A DNA stretch of 64,000 nt from Antedon mediterranea (GCF_964355755.1 NC_092675.1:8551812-8615811); one strand, 5' to 3'; shown: positions 1 through 11,600, counted from the first letter of the stretch. The notes: a model not told the origin generated them from the letters alone. Numbers and translations are program-made.

Positions 1-360
1 TAATGGTGACATCTACAGTCCAATGGATTGTCCGACAGCAACCACGATGCGGAAGGTTACCACCAACGCCTCAATCACAGAGCTAAATGAGGTGAGTTTT
101 TCTGTTATTTAAACATCATTATTTTTTTTAAATATAGTTTGTTATTTAGTATTTTTTTTTTCTTCTTTACAGCAAACCTTCACTTCTACTTGCTGTATAA
201 GCTTCTTCACAAGGAGAGTGAGATGGTAGCCATCAACACAGAGCTCATTTTTAGAGAGGATGAGATCTGAAGACAGTCACGACATGCCGTCATTGCAACA
301 TAACGGTTGAACGGATACTGGGACAAGTCTCTAGTGTAAGAGGTGCACGAACTGCAAGAT
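1..360 (+). mobile_element. Mutator (MULE) transposase 3' remnant with an intron
   Basis: Frame at ~35-90 reads SNHDAEGYHQRLNHRAK*, resembling the RTNNxxEGWHxRLN motif around the catalytic Glu of MULE transposases. A GT..AG intron (~92-172) follows, then NLHFYLLYKLLHKESEMV, typical of the downstream helix. Stops present; runs off the window edge. Confidence 0.55.
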
Positions 361-2083
361 CATTGCTGTTAGCATCAAGCCGTGTCATCAGCACCGGGGA
401 CGAATTCATTTTAGATGTGAATGCGTCAGACCTGGCGTTAAGGGGAGAGCTAATACAAATAATTGCCTATGCTAGCACCCATCTCATGGGGAAGCAGCGC
501 AATTACTGTACGACCTGCAAAGAATTACTAGCGGTGGTGTTTCTAACGAGGCATTTTCTCCCCTAGACCTTTCCAGGTTAGAACAGACCATAGCAGTCTG
601 GTCTGGTTATTGTCCTTCAAAAACCCCACAAGGGCAATTAGCCCGGTGGATAGAGGAACTCAGCCTCTATAATCTTGTCTTGGAACATCGTACGGGGGTA
701 CTCCATGGGAATGCGGATGCGTTATCCTGTCAGGCCAAACCGGTTCACCACTTTGATCAGGAAGTTGACCCCGGGGATTTGCCATGCGGGGGATGCTCTT
801 ATTGCATGTTTCGGGAGGAGGTAGATGACGTGGTCCCTATTTCACAAATCTGGCAGATAGAACCCGACCCTAATGAGGAGGGGTTCGTGGACCCAGGTGG
901 GGTCATACGGGGCCTTCGTGCTGTGCCATTAACTTGGTTAAAAAAGACGGCCGTCCGCTATACAACCCGATGGCCGGGTGTCCATGTGTTGGGGATACCC
1001 CTGTAAAGAGCTTGAGCAATTTCAGGCTAAGGATCTCGACTTAGTGGCTATCAGGGGATGGCTAGAATTGGGGGAACCCCCATAAGGGGAATTATTTAGC
1101 TCCAGTTTGGCGACTAAACACCTGTGGCTAAATCCGCATTGGTTACGTATCGGGGAGGATCGGCTCCTTTACAATTTTATGGAGGACATGTGGGAGGGGG
1201 GAAGAGCGGCTAATTTTGCTACATGAACTGCATGCCTAGGCTTCATCACGACATCCCATCGTCCGGGCACCATGGAATGTCGTGCACCAAACTACGACTC
1301 CAGGCCAAGTTTTTTTGGTATGGTATGGGGAGAGATGTGGAATGCTACATACAAAAAGACTACACATAAGGGCAGGTCTCTGTTAATTGCGTTTCGCTCA
1401 GGGTGCCAATGGAGCGGGTCCACGTTGATTTCCTGGGACCATTACCTAAGTCGGAGGCGGGTAACATTCAGATCCTGATAATGGTGGATCAATTCTCAAA
1501 ATGTGTGGAAAGTAGCCTGTTACTTTCACAGACCGCAGAGGTGACTGCCAGGGCCTTAGTGGGTAACTTTTTTAGTCGGTTTGGGGTCCCGTTCGAGGTT
1601 CATTCGGACTGTGGCGATTCAAGATAAATTCAAGGCCGTAATTTTGAAAGCGAACTTTTTGAGTGTCTCTGTAAAGTCCTCCAAATTCATAACCCGGATG
1701 ACCATATGTTGATGTTGGGGCAGGAAGTGAACCTTCCGGCTGATTTCATGTGGGGAGTTGCAGGGAGACGGTCCAGATCCGGCGGTGGTGGGGTTGTGTC
1801 CTCCATGGAAAGGACTGGCAGTTATCGTGGGGTCCTTACTCCATCACTGTGTTTCGGATGCAGTTGCGAAACAAGGTCATAGTGCTGAATCACAATAAAC
1901 TGAAGCCTTGCAGGAACACGTTTACCCAAGTGGCTTCAGACCTTGTTTTTGCTAGCAGCAATGGGGTGGGGCTTTTATGATCCAGTGTGATTATTGTGAC
2001 ATCTGGTACCACGGGGTGTGTGTGTCAATATTTCGCAGCTAGATGCACTCAATATTGACCGCTACAAATGTGCCACTTGCTGA
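361..2083 (+). mobile_element. Decayed Ty3/Gypsy pol: RNase H, integrase core and C-terminal PHD finger
   Basis: RNase H motifs FILDVNAS..IAYAS..QRNYCTTCKELLAVV, RTDHSSL, GQLARWIEEL, HGNADALS followed by LPCGGCSYC. Integrase core PMERVHVDFLGPLP..ILIMVDQFSK..FGVPFEVHSD. Order RNaseH->INT is Gypsy-type. Many frameshifts and deletions; GC-rich relative to host. Confidence 0.9.
1944..2083 (+). pseudogene. PHD finger (C4HC3) at the end of the Gypsy integrase
   Basis: Manual translation: CFC*QQWGGAFMIQCDYCDIWYHGVCVSI, then +1 frameshift, SQLDALNIDRYKCATC*. All eight Zn ligands are present. Confidence 0.85.
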
Positions 2084-2187
2084 GAGCCAGCTCCAGAGTC
2101 TCGGCGGTGCGTATTATCCAATAATTAATATTGGTTATATTTTTCTATCGTTTTAGAACCATCAGTGATTCCAAACCAGAAGGGAAG

Positions 2188-3330
2188 ATGGTGGGGACGA
2201 CCACACAGTTAGAGGGAACCTCGTCTGGGGGTCAAGCAGGTGCTTCACCCTCCAGTGTCCAGGGCATGGGGAAGGCGCCAATGGAGGACCGGGGTGCTCA
2301 GAACCAAGTGGTGACAATAAAGGAAGGACCAGCACCATCGACTGAGGGGGTGTCATGTTTCTTTCCCAGATGTGATGCCACCGACATCCGGTACATATGC
2401 AGGCCCGGCATTTCCCCCCGTTTACGGCCGCAATCATGGATCGCCCATCCGTGTGCGGAACTACAGGAGTTGCTGGTTACACTTCAACGGATGAAGCTTG
2501 CTCCCACGGATGTGTCCTGGGAAGCATTAGACATCCAAACCCAGGGGGAAATGCTAAAATTGCATGGGATGTTTAAGGAGGAGGGAGGTAGACTGGTACG
2601 CACAGGTTAACAATATCCCGCTGTCCTCATACATCTTCTAGCACTGGCCGCCATGGCCAGATTCGTGGGGGCGGCGACTTTTACGGCCATTGCTGAGCGG
2701 GCGGAGGCAAAACTCGCAGTGCCTTCCCAGACGCCTGCCGCTCCAGGATCCGACAAGAAGGGGAGTAAGCGGCGTGCTTTGACAGCGGGCTCTCTGGGTC
2801 CTGGCCCAGTGCTGACAACCCTGCCTCCGTCGTGCGCTTTTGATGCACACTTCCATCCTGACTTGTTATTTTCACTACGCCGAGCAAGAGAGGCAGACAA
2901 AAGGGCATCGTTTTCGGGGAAATCACGGTCTTCTGCGATCAGCCCACTTGCCCATCCCCTAGGGAGATTAATCTTATACAGGCTCCGCCCCCACAACCAT
3001 GCATGTCGGTGGGTGACTACCTCCTTTTCAAAACCGGGGGAGTGTAATATCGACCGCAATGGGGTGGCCAATGAATGAATAGCCAACCGTCTCTCTGCGG
3101 GCGCCTGGATCTAGTACAGCAGGTGCGCTAGTTCCAGTTCGCACCTGTCATTTATTTCGACTCAAAGCTTATTCACAATAAGTTACAAACAAGTTTGGAG
3201 TCAAAAGGAAGTCGAAATAAAAACAGGTGTGAAACGAACTAGCTCCCAGCAGGTGACGTATGGATGTCTGGAGAATGCGCAAACGGTTGGAAGAGACCAG
3301 AAATCGGGGCAGTTTAGCCACTGAATTTGC
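2188..3330 (+). pseudogene. Decayed extra ORF downstream of Gypsy pol with TatD-like nuclease motifs
   Basis: Polypyrimidine tract + AG at 2155-2156, then ATG at 2188. Fragments AFDAHFHPD (TatD DxHxH-like), GEITVFCDQPTCP..MSVG, and GVANE*IANRL..LDLVQQVT..ENA (TatD C-terminal-like). Same GC-rich composition as pol. Confidence 0.5.
3126..3246. mobile_element. ~120-bp MITE with 9-bp target-site duplication
   Basis: Imperfect inverted arms GCTAGTTCCAGTTCGCACCTGTCATTTATTTCGACT / AGTCGAAATAAAAACAGGTGTGAAACGAACTAGC. CAGCAGGTG is duplicated at 3117-3125 and 3247-3255. Confidence 0.7.
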
Positions 3331-3603
3331 CGTGGCGACAATGATACGGCTATTAGCAGTACCATATTGATAAAAGGATTATATATTACATTGGATTTGC
3401 CCTAAGCGGGAAAGAAGTTCCCAGATAGGTGAGTATATCTAGTATACTTTTATAAACAGGGTAAATACAATCTGAAAAAAAATAAAATGTTGAAATATTG
3501 TATTGAACCACACACATCGTTTAGATTACATGTTGTATGACAAACGGCATAAGTGGCATTTCATACATTTAATTGTGCTTCAATTGGCAGATGTTTCAGT
3601 CGG

Positions 3604-3878
3604 CTTACTTGTTTACTTACTTGTTTACTTGTTTCCGGAGCTCAACAATGCTGGGTCCGGAGTCGAGGCTAGGCTATACCTATAAGCCCCTCTTGATAAT
3701 TACATCAACTCTTGAATATGGCGCAAATTTAAGAGGGTGGTTGGACCATGCCCGTTCAAGACCGGACTTAAATTGATTGGTTGATCTTGAAGCTACTACT
3801 ACATCCTTCGATAACGAATTCCATAATATAATAGCTTTTCGACCAAATGAGTCCCTCATCCAATTTGTGCGTAGGTTA
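3604..3878 (-). mobile_element. CR1-like LINE 3' end (ORF2 C-terminus, 3' UTR, tandem tail)
   Basis: Minus strand reads RDSFGRKAIILWNSLSKDVVVASRSTNQFKSGLERAWSNHPLKF, the typical CR1 ORF2 end. It is followed by a 3' UTR and a (CAAGTAA)n tail. The same tail recurs at 53515-53588. Confidence 0.75.
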
Positions 3879-3889
3879 GCCCAGCAGGC

Positions 3890-4050
3890 CCAGCAGGCCC
3901 AGCTAGGCTAGGACCTATAGGCCTCCTACCTAGGCTAGGCTCAGACACTAGGCTAGGCCTAGTTATTATAGGCTAGACTAGGCCTAGGCCTAGCCCTAGA
4001 GTAGAGAGAGGCTAGCCTTCCTTATATAGGCCTAGGCCTAGGCCTAGTCC
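3890..4050. repeat. TAGGCCTA/CTAG-rich low-complexity tract
   Basis: Dense overlapping TAGGCCTAGGCCTAG and GGCTAG motifs. A similar tract lies at 63895-63985. Confidence 0.8.
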
Positions 4051-4084
4051 TACATTTACAATGTAAAAGGTCCAAACAACTCAC

Positions 4085-4150
4085 CAACGTTTTACAGTAG
4101 TTTTGTTCTTCTGCTGTTGTTGGATTGCGACGTTTTGATGAAGTAGACAT
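4085..4150 (-). other. Candidate first coding exon of an unidentified gene or transposon gene
   Basis: ATG at 4150, 22 open codons (MSTSSKRRNPTTAEEQNYCKTL), then a perfect GTGAGT donor. No downstream exon identified in the window. Confidence 0.3.
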
Positions 4151-4253
4151 GGTACTTATATATGTTTGGATCCTCTTGTTATTATGTTCAAACGGATATC
4201 CCTTCTTTTTTTAACAACGACGTTACGTTTGGTGTCATATGGCCAAAGATTTT

Positions 4254-4703
4254 ATAGCCGAAGGCTAGATTGCAAACTCCAATGTTATCGCAGGTCAAAA
4301 AGTGATTCCTAATTAGAGGAAACCAACAAGATGGCGGCGGCTGCAATAGACCAATCAGACATGCCATAGCTCGCAGTAGGCACTACTATTGCCTCCTGTG
4401 TGTTGAGGCTATCTGCGTGAGATTGATACGCAACTCAGCGTGTTACGCGTATCACATTCTATATCCTCGTATAAAAAAATTGCTAATTATTCATTCCATG
4501 CGATTAATTAATTTGATAAAAACCTCACTGTGCTTTAACAAGAATACGTGTTGTAATTTATGTGGTCATAATGTATTATAATTATTATATATTTTTTTTA
4601 TTAAATAATGTTTTTGAACAAATTTACGGCCGCCATCTTGTTGGTTCCACTCCTGTTGGAATCGCATTTCAGTCTGGAGTACGCCCTCTAGCCTTCGGCT
4701 TAT
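4254..4703. mobile_element. ~450-bp inverted-repeat element (MITE-like)
   Basis: TAGCCGAAGGCTAGA..ACTCC (4255-) pairs with GGAGT..TCTAGCCTTCGGCT (-4700). AACCAACAAGATGGCGGC (4321-4338) pairs exactly with GCCGCCATCTTGTTGGTT (4629-4646). Confidence 0.65.
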
Positions 4704-5084
4704 ACCATCTCTCTGGTCATGACTCAGTGGGTTGGTTTGTTGGTTTGTAATACTATTATTTCTCTCCTCCTTGTTGTTTGTTTGTTGGTTTTGTAATATT
4801 TTTGTCTTCGTTGGCGGCGCACGGTTCGGTATGCGCGATTTGCATTTCCAGGTGCTTTTTCTTCATTAGAGTATTTGCAGCGCGATATATAGGTATATTA
4901 TGATTTCGTCTAAGGTGGTTTATCGAGAAGAAATTATGATTTCGACCAAAGTGGTCGCGGTTATCTAGATTTAAGAACAAATGATGCTTTACAATTATAT
5001 GGCGGTGCGTATAAGTCAAGTTTGCATTTAGGCCCCTACAAATGGCCCCGTTCCATTTTGATAACGTTTTTGCTTGTTGACCTA

Positions 5085-7820
5085 TTATCCTCTAGGACAA
5101 CTGGGCCTACCCCATAATAGAACTACAGCTTAGGATACTTATCCCCTGGACAACTACGATTGGTAACCAAATTAAGAAGCTGCTTATTTTGCTGCCAATT
5201 GGAAATCAAATTGTGTGTGAGGAGGGAGACTAGGCCTACATGGGCGGTGTATGCCCACACTATATTTTACAATTTTTGACGTGAAATAATTAATATTCTA
5301 CCGGTCTTATATCAATATATATTGTAGTGTAACTAAAATGTGTAGTCTATTTTATAATAACTGTAGTGATATTAATTTTTAAAAAAACAATGTATGTATG
5401 ACGCAACTCAAAAATGATTTTCTTAAAAAGAGAACAAGAAATAATATGAATCTGTCGAACGGGGAGGGAAAGAGAGAGAGAGAGTGATTTTCAAATCGTC
5501 TAATGTAATCAATTGGTTATATGAAATTAAATATTGCACATTATAACTTTGAAAATATCATCTGGCTATATGTTGGAAAACTTCTTTAAATCTAAAGTAA
5601 AATTAGGAGGTTCTTTGTATACAATTTGGAATAAAATAGAATAAGTAGAAATGTTCAAGTTAGACATAAACACATAATTCTTTAGGTGCTAAAAACGTTT
5701 ATTGTTCTATTTTCTCAGAGATCGGGAGAAAATTTTAAAACAATCAATTAAAGTTCCTCTATGAAGTTAACAGCCAAACCAATATTCCATATTACTGGAC
5801 TTGCAGTAAACGTGTAATGTAATATAACAGCATGACATAAACTCTTACGGTAAAGCATTTTTTTTGGGGAAAAAAAAGAGAGAGAAAAATCGGGCCAATT
5901 TTATCAATAGTAAGGGGCTGATATCTTGTCTTTATATAATTGTGTTATATAACATCTTCATGTCACGCAAGAATAACATAAAGCCCACCATTTTATTTTT
6001 CAAAATTGGAATACGTTTTAAGATAATTTGGAGCGTTATCGATTCTCAGTTAATGTCATATAGCCTAACTGACGAATACGCATATTAAAAGATTCGAAAG
6101 CTTTCATTTAAGATCCGTCTCCCTCCTTTGTTTTGAAATTCAGTGTGTTTTACAAGATCATAATAAAAGTGTAATGTAATTCATTATTCGACAAAAGGCA
6201 AAATAAATTAAATTATATGAAAAGCCTATAGGTGTTGGTGTCATGAGATTAGTTATTCTGGAGGTGTGGTTGTCCAGAAGGTGTTGTAGTTGTCCTAGAG
6301 TGTAGTTGTCCTAGAGTGTAATTATCCTAGAGGGTATTTGTCCTAGTGGATAGTTGTCCTAGAGTGTAGTTGTCCTAGATGGTAGTTGTCCTAGAGTGTA
6401 GTTGTCCTAGAGTGTAGTCCTAGAAGGTAGTTGTCCTAGTGGGTAGTTGTTCTAGAGTGTAGTTTTCCAAGATTGTAGTTGTCCTATAGGGAGTTGTCAT
6501 GGTGGGTAGTTGTCCTAGAGTGTGGTTGTCCTAGAGGTTCTAGGACACCTACCCCCCTAGACAGTTACCCCCGGATGTTTACCACCCGGACAACTACCCC
6601 CTTAGGACAACTACTCCCCGGACAACTACCCCCTTAGGACAACTACCCCCTTAGGATAACAACCCCCCGGACAACTACCCCCGGACAACTACCCCCTTAG
6701 GACAACTAACCCCTTAGGATAACTACCCCCGGGTAACTACCCCCGGTCAACTACCCCCCGGTCAACTTATCCCCGGTCAACTACCCCCCGGACAACTACC
6801 CCCTCCCTTAGGACTATATTTATGTTCAATCTTTTACTTTTGTTTACAATAATGAATAGTAATTCGTCAAAGTAACGAATTAAAATATAGTTATTAATTC
6901 CTATTATACACTGTTGCAGAGTCAGGTTGTTGAATGGTCTGGGTGGTAGTTGTCCGTCCGGGGAGTATTGTGTCAGAAGTAGTTGTCCGCGGGGTCCGGG
7001 GGGGGGGGTAGTTATCCAGGGGTTAGGTAGTTGTCCTAAAAGATTATTTGCCCTCGGAGTATTGTCCAGGTTCAGGAGGTAGTTGTCCTACGGGGATTAT
7101 TGTGTCAGAGGTAGTTTTCCGCGGGGTAATTACCCGGGGGGGGGGGCGGGGCGGTAATTGTCCGGGGAATAATTGTCAGGGGGGTAATTGTTCCTAGGGG
7201 GTAATTGTCCGGGGGGTAGTTGTCCAGTGGGTAGTTGTCCAAGGGGGTTGTTGTCCTAAGGGGTTGTTGTCCGGGGGGTATTTGTCCGGGGGGTAGTTGT
7301 CCTAAAGGGGTAGTTGTCCTAAGGGGGTAGTTGTCCAGGTGGTGGTTTTCCGGGGGGTAGTTTTCCGGGGGATGAATGTCCAGGGGGTGAATATCCGGAT
7401 ACGTGTCCTAGAGGATAATTTTCTTGGAGGGTAGTTCTCCTAGAGGGTAGTTGTCTTGAAGGGTAGTTGTCCTAGTGGGTAGTTGTTCTAGAATGTAGTT
7501 TTCCTAGATTGTAGTTGTCCTATAGGGTTGTTGTCATGGTGGGTAGTTGTCCTAGAGTGTGGTTGTCCTAGAGGGTAATTTTCTTGGAGGGTAGTTCTCC
7601 TAGAGGGTAGTTGTCTTGCAGGGTAGTTTTCCTAGAGTGTAGTCCTAGAAGGTAGTTGTCCTAGTGGGTAGTTGTCCTAGAGTGTAGATTTCCTAGATTG
7701 TAGTTGTCATATAGGGTAGTTGTTATGGTGGGTAGTTGTCATGGTGGGTAGTTGTCCTAGAGTGTGGTTGCTAGAGGGTAATTGTTTTGGAGGGTAGTTG
7801 TCCTAGAGTGTAGTCCTGGT
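5085..7820. mobile_element. Foldback-like element(s) built from 15-17-bp GGACAACTACCC / GGGTAGTTGTCC subrepeats, nested
   Basis: Subrepeat orientation alternates: ~5085-5157 forward (degenerate), 6255-6537 reverse, 6541-6815 forward, 6945-7820 reverse. The inner inverted pair (~6537-7402) is more G/C-rich. Confidence 0.7.
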
Positions 7821-8628
7821 CAAAAAATACTACTTTTCAATAAAAAAAAATCTACCTTTTATTCACACAAAATATAATTCAAGTGTTGATACAATTAATT
7901 AGTATTAAAGACTGCGTTGAGTAAATACATTTATAATTATAAAAATATTACTTATAAATTTAATCGATAGTTATAGGGAAAATATTATAATCATTATCTT
8001 GTCAATTCTTTTACTTACACAAAAGGTGAATGTTTGAAATGACTCTTGCATCCACATTGGAATTGTCGTTTGAACTCGGTGGTTCTCAAGATACATCTGA
8101 AATTTATGGGAATTAGACCTAGGCCTATATAATCTTTTTATTCTTGTTGGGATTTTTAAATTAATTTCAAATAATCTCGTTATATTATTATTTACGGGTG
8201 ATTTTGAAATATTCATTCTTGGTTGTAAGTCAATACCTAATTATACAATCTAACATAATCATATCCAGTTTTATCATAATTACGATTTTTATCATCATGG
8301 AAAATCACTTCTTTTATATATACATTTAAATATTCATAAAAATAAAGCATAATTCTATGTTGTAATGTCCAGTGTTATTTACCCAATATTTAGTTATATA
8401 TAAATAATAATACATTTTAACGATACATAATGTAATATCTAGATAAAGCTGTTGTCATTCCGTTCATAGCCAATGTAGGTATAACATTAAGTTAACCCAC
8501 TTCACCTGAGTTAAAATTGTCACCGCGAACTTTATGTATCCTTAATACCTACTAACGGTACCCATAATATTTAGTTTACCACAATAGTTTATTTATTAGA
8601 ATTATCAAACTGATAATTAATCTCATGA

Positions 8629-11600
8629 TTACAAAAACCGTTTACAAAGTGTTTCCTGCTTATCTTGTGTTTTGACCCATTTTTCGTGGTCTTTAGTTTT
8701 CCAACTCCGAACCAGACTGTTTTTAAGGATTACTAGACGACTTTCGCCACTTGCAGCATCGTATGTGTTAACGCCCATAATCAAGTAGTCTTTGTTAGTT
8801 CGAATTATAGGACAGTTGCAGGTGCTCTGTATCCATAGAAATACACGTTCTTTTAGTGGAGAGCTGGTCTTGTAAGTATGTAGTAAGGCCACGTCGAATC
8901 GAATCTGACCGTTCACAATATGTTTGTCTACAACTTCGGCGTGAATTACTAAAGTAGAAAAGAAAATTATTGTTATTTCTTAATATTTTTAGGAGGCTAG
9001 ATCATCACCATATCACCTGTAAGAAATTCTTCGTTTCCCATTTTAGCAGTTCTTTAAAACGATATTCTACACTACTCAACATTAACCCTCAACTACCATT
9101 AACTGTACCCTCTACAATGCAATGTAACGTCAATAACCGTAATTTGAGACTTCTTAGTATGTTCTAATGCTTGTCTTGTTTAAAATATTTTGTGGCCGCA
9201 TCACGTACATACCATGATTTGATTTCATTGCTGTAAGTTTGGTTAACTTTCCAATACTGGAATTACTATCAACAATCCTGACGACATTGCTGATATATTG
9301 AATGAACATTTCTCCACAATCGGTGAACGTATGGCGAATGCTACAGCCAGTAATACATTTGAATCAAACCAAAACGTCTCTGAGTCAAATTCACTCGAAC
9401 AATGTACATTGCCAGACATCACAGAAGAATTTGTTCAAAGTCAAATATTAGTAATGTCTGCTGGTAACGCAACAGGTCCTGACGACGTCAGTGTAAAAAT
9501 GCTAAAACTAGCTTACCCACACGTGACAAAGTCATTAACCCATGTCCTAAACCTATCAATACGATGCGGACATTACACTACAGAGTGGAAAAAGGCTTTT
9601 GTTACACCTATTCACAAAGGAGGAGACAAAAGTAACACTAATAATTATAGGCCAATTTCCATTCTACCAATTTCCTGACACTACTAACTTCTGCTTATTC
9701 CAAACCAGCCCTTATGTCACGTGTCATAAAGGAACTACCATCTTCCTTGGTGTAACGTGGCGGGCTGCTACAAAAATATCGAATTAACTCTATATACTAC
9801 ATCACAAACGAAAAATAAATTAAAAAATAAATAAATGAATTGTTTCAAAAATTTTAGAAAGGTGGGTACATTCGGCCGTCTATTCGTACCTTGATGTGAA
9901 CAAGCTGATCCCATCTTGTCAATCAGGGTTTAGACCGTTTCATTCAACTGAAACAACACTACATGACTTAACCAACGAGTGTTTACATGTCATGGAACAG
10001 GGTAAAATGACTGGTACTGTTTTCATAGACCTGAGCAAGGCATTTGACTCAGTTAATCATGAAATTCTGTTAGAAAAACTCAAATGTATGTGCATGTCAC
10101 CATCCGTATTGGAGTGGTTTAAATCATATTTAAGTTATCGCAGTCAATATGTAAACATTGGTGGCACAAAATCGAAGTCGCGAACACTAAACATTGGTGT
10201 GCCACAGGGTTCGATTTTGGGGCCACTGCTTTTTATCATTTACACAAGTGATCTACAAAATTGTATTCCTAAAAACTGTAAGTTGTTCATGTACGCTGAC
10301 GATTCAACATTGACATGTAGTTTACCAACCATAGACGAAATTGAAAAAAATTTACATATAGTATTAGATATAGTACACAATTGGGCAAACAGAAACAAAC
10401 TCACTATAAATGCAAACAAAACTAAATCAATGCTCTTCGGATCGAAAAAGAAAACGTCTACTAACAACCTTAATCTAAAAATTGCAAACAATTCAGTTGA
10501 AAGGGTAAAATCCTTTAAATGCTTAGGTGCCATAATTGACGAAACGTTAAGTTGGTCACCACATGTCGAGTACGTGAACAAAACAGTTTCTTCTAAACTA
10601 GGCATGCTAAATCGGATTCGCGACTGTATTCCACAAGGCTGCATGAACACACTATTCACTAGTCTAGTAAGGCCGTCATTATACTATTGTTGTACAGTAT
10701 GGGGTGGCAGGTATGCTTCTCATAATAAAACACTTAATAAGTGTCTAAAACGAGCTGCAAGGCTTATTTTAAAATGTCCATATCTGACTCCTTCTGTAGA
10801 CATGTTCTCAGACCTAGACTGGCTTTCATTTTCGGACAGAGTTTCATTTAAAAGGACTGTCCTTGTATTTAAATGCATAAATAAAATCACTCCCGAATAT
10901 ATGAATGATATATTTACACCCTTATCCCAGTCACGTGTAACGAAGCAGTCCACATTGTTGAAGTTAAAGATTGCTTTTGCGAGAAAAGAATGTTTCTCCA
11001 CAAGTTTTAGTGTTGTTGGTGCAACCCTGTGGAATAGCGTCGAAGAGGAGTTAAGAACCATCACATCCATAGGGTTATTTAAATCAGAACTTCATAGGAA
11101 ATATATTCAGCAAAATGCTATTATGTAAATGGTTTTTAAGTCAATGCAGGGCCCCAATGGAAATCAGTTTTTAACTGTTTGGGCTTACCCTGGGTAAACA
11201 AAGTAGTAATAATAATAATAATAACATAATAGTTTAGTTTTTAATGGTACGCACCATATTCTACGTATATATCGATATCGATATATTTATTATTGACACC
11301 TCTGTAATTAGTGTGTAACTGAACTGTTCAACTGTAAAATGTGTCACCAAAGTATAGAGTGACAAAAACGAAATATTCAAAAATATAAACACAATCTTTT
11401 AATGAAGAAACAAATAAAGCCATAATCTTACCAAAATCACTGCTGCAAAAGTGTTTTACCCGACCACCTCGAATTTTTTCGCAAGCAGGGCAACGATCTA
11501 ACGAAAGAAACACATACTCTTTAGTATCATCATCGTCTTCACAATTCCTTCCTGATATTCATACTCTTTTACTATTACAATCATTGTTATTATTTATAAA

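Noticed and set aside
2162-3086. Minus-strand ORFs overlapping the Gypsy extra ORF
   Set aside because: These are antisense shadows of GC-rich decayed coding sequence with no recognisable motifs.
10240-11070. Minus-strand ORFs within the LINE (also 47379-47872 and 48665-49296)
   Set aside because: Antisense shadow frames of LINE ORFs.
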